64,000 bases of DNA from Planctomycetota bacterium. Its GTDB lineage: Bacteria > Planctomycetota > Phycisphaerae > UBA1845. The stretch lies in assembly GCA_016208685.1 (NCBI GenBank), contig JACQXM010000024.1, positions 170,537 to 234,536 of the forward strand, given 5' to 3'. The notes beneath the pieces were generated by a model. That model saw nothing but the letters and a program-made list of their open reading frames with translations, was not told the DNA's origin and ran no database searches. Below are positions 1 through 8,717 of the stretch, piece after piece. Within the stretch, counting starts at the first letter, position 1. Each line of letters opens with the position of its first letter. The position numbers and the translations under genes were made by a program.

Positions 1-689
1 CAGGGCGGGCGGATGAACGACGCGTGGTCGGGAATCCACTGGCTTTCGGCGATGCGAAAATCGAACGGAAGCTGGGCCAGCTTGCGCCCGCGGCCGGTCT
101 CGAACCAATACACCTGCAAGTGATGCGAACCCGTGGTAAGCACGACGCGGCGCTCCACGCGCGCCGGCGGAACACCGGACGGAGCGTGCGGCGCGTCCCC
201 GGGGGCGGAAGCGGTCGGGGGCGCGGCCCCGGCCTCGGCGCGCGGCTTTGCGGCGACCGGCCAGGGCGGACGCGCATCCGGATTGTCCATTTCCACCCAG
301 AACTCATCGCCGCGCCGCCGCAGGTTGTACACGCGACCATGCAGGTTCAGGGTCACGTCGTCGAAACTCGCCAGCACTGAGCGCGGAGTGGCGGGCTGGG
401 TCATAGTGCGGTGATACGACGCGTGCCAGGAGGCATAATGCTGGGGGTGGCAGGCCTGGCATGCCTGGGAGGACACGTACCCTTCGGCGCGAACCTCGAC
501 GGGTCGGTGGGCCGTTCGGGCGGCTTGGCCCGGCCCGCGCAGGGTGGCGAAGGCGACCGTGGTAAGCCCCGCGGCAGCGGCCCAGACCGCGACTGCGGCG
601 CTCACGGCCCAGCCCCGGCCGATCCCCGAGTAAACAGGGAACAGACCGATGGCCAAGCCGGCCCCGATGACCAGCGCTTCGAGGTTCAT
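1..689 (-). CDS. Membrane-anchored c-type cytochrome (CxxCH), 3' end beyond window
   Basis: Read from the reverse complement: ATG at 689..687 (MNLEALVIGAGLAIGLFPVYSG, an N-terminal TM/signal anchor), then the haem-binding motif CQACH (QACQACHPQHYASWHASYHRTMTQP...). The frame stays open to position 1. It is absent from the ORF track because no stop codon lies inside the window. The in-frame Met at 404 is internal. No clear SD sequence. Confidence 0.5.
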   Translation of the reverse strand, partial: MNLEALVIGAGLAIGLFPVYSGIGRGWAVSAAVAVWAAAAGLTTVAFATLRGPGQAARTAHRPVEVRAEGYVSSQACQACHPQHYASWHASYHRTMTQPATPRSVLASFDDVTLNLHGRVYNLRRRGDEFWVEMDNPDARPPWPVAAKPRAEAGAAPPTASAPGDAPHAPSGVPPARVERRVVLTTGSHHLQVYWFETGRGRKLAQLPFDFRIAESQWIPDHASFIRPP

Positions 690-1117
690 GGAACCAACGC
701 GCGCAGTTTCTCAACCCGGATCGCCGTGCGGACACGAGATGGGTTTTCCGGACCGCTGACGCAGGCAGTCCGGCAGGCGAAACGACATCCGCAGGTAGAC
801 ACCGGCCTGGCAGCCCGGCTCGGTCATTCCGACTGGCAACCGACCCGGGCGCGCAAACCACGCCCGCCGACGACATTCCGCCCGCACGGGAGACCCGTTG
901 ATACGCGACGCGAGGGGCATTCTAGCAGGGCGGGCACGCCAACGCCAATGAAATCCCGGCTCGGTCGGCGACCTGAGGTGCCGTGCACGCAGCCTGTAAG
1001 GCGGCCGGAAAGGAGCCGTGGGCAAGCGCAGCGCCGCCCACGTGAACGTTGTCGGGCAGGCCTGCGGCCTGAGATGCCGCGCCGCACTGGTGAACCCGAC
1101 CCCGCCGCCGCCGAAGC

Positions 1118-3415
1118 TCAAGGCAGCGGCGTGAAGTCCTGGAACACGGTCCGCGTACCGTTGCCATCCACGACGATCACTCGAAGCGTGTAGTCGCTCG
1201 TGATAAACGACCGCTTACAGTTCCCGGAGCCGTCGCAGAGGTCCAGGGATCGCTCCCAGGTGTTCGCCTGCCCCTCGACCTGGGCGAACGTTGTCGACCA
1301 GTTCACGCCGCCGCCGGAGCGGTCGTTGAAGAACGGGTTCTCCTCGAATGGCACTTCGATGGTCGCGTCCAGGCCCTTGTGAAACGGCAGCAGGAATATC
1401 CGCTCGATGCCGCTTGCCGGCGGAATGACCACCACCCGGACGTTGAGCGTCGTATCGCCGTCGTAACCGTAAAAGATGTCGTCGATGATGGGGAACCCGG
1501 GCAGGCCGTCGATCCCGTCATGCAACACATACACCCCAAGAGACGTGGGTGCCGCCATGACCGTCCCGTCCTCGCTGAAGTGAACGTCCCAGAATTCGGG
1601 AGTGGCCGTACCGGAAAGACGCTGCGAGCCGCTGGCGCGGTGTGCCGTGCTTCCGACCTGCTGGAAGTAGCCGTGTCCGGAGCTCGGCCCGAACTGGTAG
1701 CTCGTGCGGACATAAACCTTGGAGCCGTCGTCCGAGAGGGCGAACTCGCCCAGGGCGGTGCGCCCGTCCGTTACCTCGAAGCGGTTCGAGGAACCGGGGG
1801 CCTGGACATAGCACGATCCGGGCATGCCCAGGCTGCTGGGATCCTGGCAATACCCATAGGCGGACCCGTCGTTGGTCATGTGAACGTCGCGGATGCCGCG
1901 CGTGTCGAACGGTGTCGGCTCGAAGGTCGTCGGCGTGGTGAGGCCGCTGCTATGGACGAGGTTCAGAAACAGCGTGTTGTTCAGACTACTATCGAGGATC
2001 TCGCTCTGGATGACCCATTGCCCGCCGTCGCTGGTGATGTCGAACTCCCCGATCCCCCGCGCGGTGAAACCGTTGGCGTTCACGATGGTGGCGGCGTTGA
2101 AGATAAGCGAGGGGGTCACGTCGGCGCCGCTGAGGTCGACGCGATAAAAGTTGCTACCGCAGTAATCGCGGTAGTAGAGAGCCGAACCGGAGTCGGTTAA
2201 CCGCGTGACGCCGCGGGAGCAGCCCCCCACGCCCAGCGCCGTGCTGTTGAACACCAGCGACGCCGCCGCCCCGGGCGAAGCGCGGAGTATGGAGGTTTCA
2301 CTGAACCCGCTGTCGGCGATAACCACCGATCCGTCCAGGTTGGTGGCCAGCGTCAGCGGGCCCTCGACGTCCGCCAGATTCAGGGCCGATTGCTGCCCGC
2401 CGGAGCCGTCCGTGCCGACAACCCAGAGCTCGTGTGATGCCTCCCCTTGCAGCGGAAAATCATCATAGAGGGAGAACCACACCCTACTGCCGTCGCCGCT
2501 GAGCGCGATGTCATGCAGGAAGAGGTTGGCGGCGTACACCAGGCTCTGGGCGGGGTCCACATTAGGCCCGGCTACGGTTTGCTCCGAGCCGCGGTGCACG
2601 ATGACCGCGGGCGAGAACCCGGTCGGCGGCGGCTCAGTTCCCCCATCCGTGCCACCGTCCGTTCCTCCGTCCGTCCCACCGTCGGTTCCGCCGTCCGTTC
2701 CTCCATCGGTCCCGCCGTCGGTTCCGCCATCGGTCCCGCCGTGCGGCTGGCAGACGAAGTCTTCGCATTCCTCTCCGCTCGGGCAGTCGTCGTCGGTCAG
2801 GCACTCCGGAAGGGCGTCGCCGTCGTCGTCATCGTGTACGGGCGGGCCGAAGGTGCACGTGAGCTCGTCGATGGTCAGCTCGATGTCGATGGTCGCCGTC
2901 ACTTCCATGCAGATGGTGAAGGTGCCCACCAGCACCAGGTCCAGCGAGCCGGAGGCAAGATCGAGCGAAGTGCGATCCAGCGCCACCGCACCCGCCGTGA
3001 ACGTCACTCCAAAAGCACCGATGTTGATGCCGTCCTCGCAAGGATTGGTGGAGCTTTCGGCGCCGATGAACATCGTGACATTCGCCGTTCCGTCGACCCC
3101 CTGGGCACTGACCGACCCTTTGGCGGTGTCGAGCGGAATGGCGCGAACGCGCGCCGCATCGAGGTTGACGGTCCCGCTGGCTGGTGTCTGCGCCGGTGCG
3201 CCCTGGAACAGGGGGACCACGGCGGCATTCCGCGCCGGCTGCCCGGCGGTCACGCGGAAGATCCCCGCGAGGTTCAGCTCGAACGTGAAGCTGCGATTCG
3301 CGATGGTAACCGTAAGCGCCACGCCCCCGGGGGTGCTCGATAGCGAGCATCCGGCCAGGGCCGCGCATCCCAGCAGGACAACCGCGACTCCCATTCGCTT
3401 GCGGGACGAGATCAT
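1118..3415 (-). CDS. Secreted lipoprotein: Cys-rich module, (GGTD)9 linker, C-terminal TolB/WD40-like beta-propeller
   Basis: Long ORF. The likely start is at 3415 (MISSRKRMGVAVVLLGCAALAGC, a lipoprotein signal with lipobox LAGC). Mid-protein reads CLTDDDCPSGEECEDFVCQPHGG followed by nine GGTD repeats. The C-terminal half has recurring xDGSxV blades (SGDGSRVWF, TSDGGQWV, TNDGSAY, SDDGSKVYV, SEDGTVMA). Confidence 0.65.
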   Translation of the reverse strand: MISSRKRMGVAVVLLGCAALAGCSLSSTPGGVALTVTIANRSFTFELNLAGIFRVTAGQPARNAAVVPLFQGAPAQTPASGTVNLDAARVRAIPLDTAKGSVSAQGVDGTANVTMFIGAESSTNPCEDGINIGAFGVTFTAGAVALDRTSLDLASGSLDLVLVGTFTICMEVTATIDIELTIDELTCTFGPPVHDDDDGDALPECLTDDDCPSGEECEDFVCQPHGGTDGGTDGGTDGGTDGGTDGGTDGGTDGGTDGGTEPPPTGFSPAVIVHRGSEQTVAGPNVDPAQSLVYAANLFLHDIALSGDGSRVWFSLYDDFPLQGEASHELWVVGTDGSGGQQSALNLADVEGPLTLATNLDGSVVIADSGFSETSILRASPGAAASLVFNSTALGVGGCSRGVTRLTDSGSALYYRDYCGSNFYRVDLSGADVTPSLIFNAATIVNANGFTARGIGEFDITSDGGQWVIQSEILDSSLNNTLFLNLVHSSGLTTPTTFEPTPFDTRGIRDVHMTNDGSAYGYCQDPSSLGMPGSCYVQAPGSSNRFEVTDGRTALGEFALSDDGSKVYVRTSYQFGPSSGHGYFQQVGSTAHRASGSQRLSGTATPEFWDVHFSEDGTVMAAPTSLGVYVLHDGIDGLPGFPIIDDIFYGYDGDTTLNVRVVVIPPASGIERIFLLPFHKGLDATIEVPFEENPFFNDRSGGGVNWSTTFAQVEGQANTWERSLDLCDGSGNCKRSFITSDYTLRVIVVDGNGTRTVFQDFTPLP
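2640..2747. repeat. 12-nt tandem repeat (x9) encoding (GGTD)9 inside the 1118..3415 CDS
   Basis: Plus-strand reads ccgtccgttcctccgtccgtcccaccgtcggttccgccgtccgttcc... A 12-mer unit is visible directly, with wobble variation between copies. Confidence 0.8.
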
Positions 3416-3910
3416 GTGGAGACTCCTTTCATTTCTGTCGGCCAAAGGGGGCGCCTGTGCGAACCACACGGCCACGCGCCGCGGCCGTGCCACGCATCCC
3501 GCTCCCGGTGCCGGAAGCTGGGTCGAGGCCATGTTGCTGCGACAGCGTACCCCCGGCGCCACGGGATGTACACCTCGGTGCAATAGATGATCGCGTTCCG
3601 GGTCCGTGACGGGCTCGGTGCCGTGTGGCATGGTCCACGCTTGCGTGGCCATGCCATCATTGTCGCCTGTTCATCCCGCGCGAATCGTCGAGAGGTAAGT
3701 TCATGTTGATGGTCGGTCCATCGCCCGCCTCTCCCGTATAGATTCTGGCGCGAGACCGCGGCCAAACCGTCGGAGCGTAGCCCTATCCGCGGCGCCCTGC
3801 GCCGGGCATGACCACGCAAGCGTGGACGATGGCACCGGCTTCCGGCCACCCTCTTCCCTAGCAGACCGTCGACCTTTAACATGGATGTCCTCACCAGGGG
3901 AGGTTAGATC

Positions 3911-5827
3911 ATGTTTCTGTCATCCACCGCATTGAGCATCGTAGTTCGTCTGCGTCATCGCGTTTCCGCGCAACCGCCGCGCGCGGCACGGGCGTGGCTG
4001 GCGGCGATCGTTGCCGTGGTGGGTAGTGCGCCGAGCGGAGCGTGGGCGCTGGGGCCGCCGTCGAACGACACTTGCGGCACCGCCATCCAGATCTCCGAGG
4101 GTGCTTTTGTCGGCACGAACGCCGGCGCCGGCGGCGATGGCGCGGCGAGCTGCGTGCCGGGCGGGCAACCGGCCAGTCCCGACGTGTGGTGGCAATACAC
4201 GGCGTCCTCGACGGCCACGGCGCTCATCGAAACCTGCGGCAGCGACTTCGACACCGTGGTCAACGTCTTCGACGCCTGCGGCGGCGCGGAACTGGCATGC
4301 GATGATGACGACGACGCCTGCGGGCTGGACAGTCGCCAATCGCGGATCATGTTCACCGCGCAACAGGGCGGCACGTACTGGGTCCGTGTCGCCGGCTACT
4401 CGGGCGAGGTGGGTGAGATTCGACTCCGGATTGCGCTGCTGCCTCCGCCCGCCAATGATGATTGCGCCGATGCGCCGCCCGTTTCCGAGGGCACGTTCTT
4501 CGGCACCTCGCTGGGCGCGTCCACGGACGCCACGGCCTCCTGCGGGGGCGTGGACCTAGGGTCGCTACGCGACGTCTGGTGGAGGTACGTTCCCAGCGGC
4601 AGCGGAACGGCGGAGATCGACACCTGCGGCAGCGGCTTCGACACCGTTCTGAGCGCCTACGATTCCTGCGGCGGCGCGGAGCTGGCCTGCAATGATGATG
4701 AAGGCCAATGCGGGGCGACGGGAACGCAGTCGCGGGTGATTGTGCCGGCCGTGCAGGGCCAACCGGTGTGGGTGCGCGTCGCAGGATTCGAGGGTGATGC
4801 CGGAAGTGTGACACTCACGATCGTGCTCTCTACGGTGCCGGCCAGCGATCGCTGCGTCGACGCGCAGGTCGTGGGCGAGGGCACCTTTGTGGGCACCAAC
4901 GCCGCCGCGTCCACGGACGACGTTGCCAGTTGCGGCTTCGACGGGGAACCGGGCAGCCGCGACGTGTGGTGGCGCTACATTCCCGCGTTCACGGGCACGG
5001 CGCTGGTGGCCACCTGTTCCAGCGCCCCGGATACCATCGTCAGCGTGCTCGACGACTGCGGCGGAGCGGAACTGGCGTGCAACGACGACAGCGACGCATG
5101 CGGCGACGACAGCGTGCAGTCGTTGCTCTACCTGCCGGTTTCCACAGGGAGCCCGGTGCTGATTCGCGTCGCCGGGTACGAGGGCGACACGGGCACTATT
5201 CGCCTGTACATCGGCCCGCCGCCCGGTAACGACCGCTGCTCGGCCGCCACGCCGGTCGCCGAGGGCACGCACCGCGGCACGAACATCGGTTCGGACACCG
5301 ACGGCCTGGCAAGTTGCGGCGCTTTCGGCGACGCCGGTGCCCACGACATCTGGTGGCGCTACACACCGACCGCGGACGGGCTGGCCACGCTCGAAACGTG
5401 CGCCAGCGGCTTTGATACCGTGCTCAGCGCGCAGGCAGGCTGCGGGGGGGCGGAGTTGGGATGCGACGAAGACTCGGAAAGCTGCGGGCCGGGAAGCACC
5501 CGCTCAAGGATGCAGCTCCCGGTTAGGGCCGACATGGACTATCTGGTGCGCGTCGCGGGGTTTGCGGGAGAGGCGGGCGCCGCGGACCTGGCCATCAGTC
5601 TGGGCCCCGCGGCCACTTTGTGCGGTGATTTCACCTGCAACGGCGGAGAGCGATGGAGCGGCTGCCCGCGGGATTGCCGCAGCCTTGCCGAGGTCGCGGA
5701 GTTTCAGCTTTGCTTCTCCCACGACGGACCGCTTTCGGACGAGTGTCGCTACCTCGACCTGGCCCCCAATGGCGCCATCGATCTCGCTGATTTTGTGCGG
5801 ATGATGCTCGGTTACTCCGGGCCTTGA
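3911..5827 (+). CDS. Secreted protein with four tandem ~125-aa six-Cys repeat domains and a C-terminal dockerin-like segment
   Basis: N-terminal signal (AAIVAVVGSAPSGAWA). Four repeats each carry N/SD-x-C...SEGTFxGT...ASCG...DVWWRY...TCGSGFDTVLS...CGGAELACNDD...CG...RVAGYEGDxG..L.I. The C-terminus reads DLAPNGAIDLADFVRMMLGY (dockerin/EF-hand-like). Confidence 0.75.
   Translation: MFLSSTALSIVVRLRHRVSAQPPRAARAWLAAIVAVVGSAPSGAWALGPPSNDTCGTAIQISEGAFVGTNAGAGGDGAASCVPGGQPASPDVWWQYTASSTATALIETCGSDFDTVVNVFDACGGAELACDDDDDACGLDSRQSRIMFTAQQGGTYWVRVAGYSGEVGEIRLRIALLPPPANDDCADAPPVSEGTFFGTSLGASTDATASCGGVDLGSLRDVWWRYVPSGSGTAEIDTCGSGFDTVLSAYDSCGGAELACNDDEGQCGATGTQSRVIVPAVQGQPVWVRVAGFEGDAGSVTLTIVLSTVPASDRCVDAQVVGEGTFVGTNAAASTDDVASCGFDGEPGSRDVWWRYIPAFTGTALVATCSSAPDTIVSVLDDCGGAELACNDDSDACGDDSVQSLLYLPVSTGSPVLIRVAGYEGDTGTIRLYIGPPPGNDRCSAATPVAEGTHRGTNIGSDTDGLASCGAFGDAGAHDIWWRYTPTADGLATLETCASGFDTVLSAQAGCGGAELGCDEDSESCGPGSTRSRMQLPVRADMDYLVRVAGFAGEAGAADLAISLGPAATLCGDFTCNGGERWSGCPRDCRSLAEVAEFQLCFSHDGPLSDECRYLDLAPNGAIDLADFVRMMLGYSGP
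4060..5590. repeat. Four tandem ~375-nt coding repeats (divergent copies) within the 3911..5827 CDS
   Basis: Protein-level periodicity of ~125 aa with conserved Cys/Trp positions. Copies have diverged (about 50-60% aa identity by eye). Confidence 0.7.
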
Positions 5828-5868
5828 TCCGCGCCCCGCCCGCCGTGCAGCGAACGGCGGACGAACCA

Positions 5869-6303
5869 TCAGCTCCGGCCGTAGAGGTACTCGTGGAGGT
5901 ACTGGATGGTAGCCTGCTGGTCCACGGTTTCACTGGCGAGGATGTCGCCGATGGAAATCAGCCCGAACAGCTTGCCCTCTTCCACAACTGGCAGGTGGCG
6001 GATGCGCTGGTTGGTCATGACCGCCTTACACTCGGCGAGCTTGGTATCGCGCTGGCAACAGGCCATGGGTGAGGTCATCACGTCGGACACGCGGGTCGTC
6101 CCGGCGTCGCGTGCGGCGGCGACGATGCGGTTCAGGATGTCACGCTCCGTGAAGATGCCCACCACGTGAGCGCCGCTGGTTACCACGACTGCGCCGATCC
6201 GGCGCGCGTTCATGAGCTTGGCGGCTTCAAGCACGGTGGCAGCGCCGTCGATGGTGGCGACCGCCGTGCCCTTGCGATCCAGGATGGTCTGAGCAGTTGG
6301 CAC
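5869..6303 (-). CDS. CBS-domain pair protein
   Basis: 144 aa. Two CBS-like segments (AVVVTSGAHVVGIFTERDILNRIV and HLPVVEEGKLFGLISIGDIL). Confidence 0.8.
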   Translation of the reverse strand: MPTAQTILDRKGTAVATIDGAATVLEAAKLMNARRIGAVVVTSGAHVVGIFTERDILNRIVAAARDAGTTRVSDVMTSPMACCQRDTKLAECKAVMTNQRIRHLPVVEEGKLFGLISIGDILASETVDQQATIQYLHEYLYGRS

Positions 6304-6498
6304 GGGAAGTCTCGCAAGGCGCCGCGCCCGGGGAAGATTCCCGCGGTTTGCCGTTCGACGCCGAATCGTCCTTCCGATTGTTCTCTGTCGCGCGTGCCCT
6401 TGTCAAGCGGGGAATTCGCCTGATGCGCGTTCGCGTACGCGCGACACCCCCACCGTTTCGTTGCCGCGCCCGCTGTCGGCGAATACGATCCGGCCCTC

Positions 6499-7875
6499 AT
6501 GCGCTGGCTTGCGGACGCGATCTACCTCATCGCCGGACTGATCTACCTTCCGGTCGCCCTCTACCATGCGGTGTTCGTCGGGAAGAACCGGCGCGGGTGG
6601 GGCGAGCGCTTCGGTGCTGTGCCACGTTTCTCGGGCAACCGGCCGCGGGTGTGGATCCACGCCGTTTCGCTGGGCGAAATCAACTGCACGCCGCAATTGG
6701 TGGCGGAGCTGCGCGCCAGACTTCCCGATTGGGAGATCGTGTTCTCCACCACCACCGACACAGGCTTTGCGCGCGGCGTAGCGCTTTTTGGTCGAGAGCA
6801 CGTCTTTCGCTTTCCGCTGGATTTCAGCGTCGTCGTCGCGCGGGTGTTGGATCGCGTCCGCCCAACCCTCATCGTCCTGGTGGAGCTGGAGGTGTGGTAC
6901 AACCTGGTGCGCCAAGCGGCGCGGCGCGGCATACCGATCGCCGTCGTGAACGGACGCCTCACCGAACGCAGTCGGCGTCGGCTGGCCCGCCTGGGCGGAC
7001 TCACAAGGCAGATGTTCGCCCGGCTAACGTGGGTCGGGGCGCAGGATGAGACGATCGCCGCTCGGTTCCGAGCTTGCGGCGCCGACGAGGGCAGCGTTGA
7101 GGTAACGGGTTCGTTGAAATGGGACACAGCGACGGTCATGGACGGCGTGCCCGGTGACCGGGAACTGGCGCGCGCCATGGGAGCCGACGGAACGCGCCCC
7201 TTATGGGTCTGTGGGAGCACCGGACCGGGCGAGGAAGGGCTCATCCTTGCGGCCTTCCGGCGGCTGTTGCAACCAGCGCCGGCCGCCGCCTCCATAACCA
7301 AGCCGGCCGGCCGACCCACGGATCCGGCATGCGTGGCGCAACCGCTGCTGGCCATCGTCCCGCGCAAACCGGAGCGATTCGAGGAGGTTGCGCGGCTGAT
7401 CGGGCAGGCGGGGTTCCGATGCGTCCGACGCAGCGCGCGGCCCGACGGAACGCCGGGCGCGCCTGTGGATACCGCCGCCGTTCTGCTCGGCGACACGATG
7501 GGCGAGCTGCGGAAGTTCTACGCGCTGGCACGCGTGGTCTTCGTGGGGCGCTCGCTGGTGCCCATGGGAGGTTCCGATCCCATGGAGGTCGCGGCCCTGG
7601 GCAGACCCATACTCATCGGCCCCTATGTCGACAACTTCCGCAGCCCCGTCGATCTGCTGTACTCCGCCGGTGCGGTCCGAATCGTCAGCGACGCCGAATC
7701 CTTGGCGGAATCGGTCGCGGCGTTGCTTGGCGACCCCGCGCTGGCAGCATCGATGGGCGCTCGTGCTCGCGGCGTCGTCCTCGAACATCAGGGCGCGACA
7801 CGACGAACCGCCGAGCGTCTGGTACGGATCGCGCATCGGAAAACCGGGACATCGGGTGACAATGCAGGGACCTGA
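6499..7875 (+). CDS. waaA: 3-deoxy-D-manno-octulosonic acid (Kdo) transferase
   Basis: N-terminal membrane anchor, then VWIHAVSLGE (characteristic KdtA/WaaA motif) and a glycosyltransferase-like C-terminal half. 458 aa. Divergent from the CBS gene. Confidence 0.85.
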   Translation: MRWLADAIYLIAGLIYLPVALYHAVFVGKNRRGWGERFGAVPRFSGNRPRVWIHAVSLGEINCTPQLVAELRARLPDWEIVFSTTTDTGFARGVALFGREHVFRFPLDFSVVVARVLDRVRPTLIVLVELEVWYNLVRQAARRGIPIAVVNGRLTERSRRRLARLGGLTRQMFARLTWVGAQDETIAARFRACGADEGSVEVTGSLKWDTATVMDGVPGDRELARAMGADGTRPLWVCGSTGPGEEGLILAAFRRLLQPAPAAASITKPAGRPTDPACVAQPLLAIVPRKPERFEEVARLIGQAGFRCVRRSARPDGTPGAPVDTAAVLLGDTMGELRKFYALARVVFVGRSLVPMGGSDPMEVAALGRPILIGPYVDNFRSPVDLLYSAGAVRIVSDAESLAESVAALLGDPALAASMGARARGVVLEHQGATRRTAERLVRIAHRKTGTSGDNAGT

Positions 7876-8092
7876 CGCGCCAACCCGTGGACACGCTCGT
7901 CCTGAACCAATTTCGTCGTCACTGGATCGTCACCTATCCGCAAGTGAATCCAGGCGTTGTAGTGCGACTGGGCTGCCCGGAACTGGTAAGCAAGCGAAGA
8001 TAGTCACGGGCGCGTCACCTTCTCGTTCCGTGCGGCGCGTCGCAGGTGTCGGGGTAGCAGTTCTCGAGCGACCTGTGTGCGGGTCCATCCCG

Positions 8093-8121
8093 TTGACATC
8101 CCGGGAGGGCGTGCGTAGATT
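8093..8121 (+). promoter_or_regulatory. Sigma70-like promoter candidate (TTGACA-17nt-TAGATT) upstream of 8215 gene
   Basis: TTGACA at 8093-8098, a 17-nt spacer, then TAGATT at 8116-8121, about 95 nt upstream of the ATG at 8215. Seen directly in the sequence. Confidence 0.4.
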
Positions 8122-8214
8122 GACCCCCGCATCGTTCGTATTAACGAGGCGGCGGCGCGTGTCCGCCGATCCATCGACTCGTGAAGTAGCAATGGTTCAC
8201 TAGGAGAAAACCAG

Positions 8215-8583
8215 ATGAAGCGTGCGAAACGTTGGGTGATCCCAGTCGTGGCCGTCGGGACCATGGCCTTGCTTGCCTGGCCCGTCTACGCGCACTGCGG
8301 CAAGTGCGCGGGAAGTTGCAAGGATATGCAGAAGAAGATGGAGGAGGGCAAGGTCACGCTCTCGTCCGCAATCACCGCTGCCGAGACGGCCTGTAAGGGC
8401 AAGGCGATGGCCGCCGTGCCCCACATGGACGGCGGCAAGGTCGGTGTCTCCGTCTATTGCCTCGCCGGCGAGAAGCTGGTGGTGGTGGAGGTCGACGGTA
8501 CGGGCAAGGCTGGTGAGGCGAAGGACGCTGCCATGCTGCCCGGCGAAGCCCCCAAGCCCGCCCCGCCCAAGCCAGGCGGCTGA
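8215..8583 (+). CDS. Small secreted protein, PepSY-like fold with CxxC/CxxxC motif
   Basis: Strong RBS (TAGGAGAAAACCAG before the ATG). Signal peptide (VVAVGTMALLAWPVYA), then HCGKCAGSC. Central KVTLSSAITAAE...GKVGVSVYCLAGEKLVVVEVDGTGK resembles PepSY. Pro/Ala-rich tail. Confidence 0.6.
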   Translation: MKRAKRWVIPVVAVGTMALLAWPVYAHCGKCAGSCKDMQKKMEEGKVTLSSAITAAETACKGKAMAAVPHMDGGKVGVSVYCLAGEKLVVVEVDGTGKAGEAKDAAMLPGEAPKPAPPKPGG

Positions 8584-8717
8584 TGCCTGAGTGCGGTTCC
8601 GGCGCTTCGGCGCCGTGAAACAACCCGGGCGCTGCGATTGCAACGGTCGCAGCGCCCGGTGCTTTTCTCCTGCGGATCAAGGCCCGGTATGGCTGCCGGT
8701 CCCGCCCCGCCCACGTG

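Noticed and set aside
411-1193. 260-aa plus-strand ORF and several overlapping ORFs at 24-1200
   Set aside because: Gly/Arg/Pro-rich nonsense-like composition typical of off-frame translation of high-GC DNA. The reverse-strand cytochrome reading frame with CxxCH explains the region better.
1379-3590. Multiple 270-360-aa plus-strand ORFs (1379..2200, 2447..3343, 2508..3590) inside the 1118..3415 minus-strand gene
   Set aside because: Shadow ORFs opposite a gene with clear domain structure. Their products are Arg/Ala/Gly-rich with no motifs.
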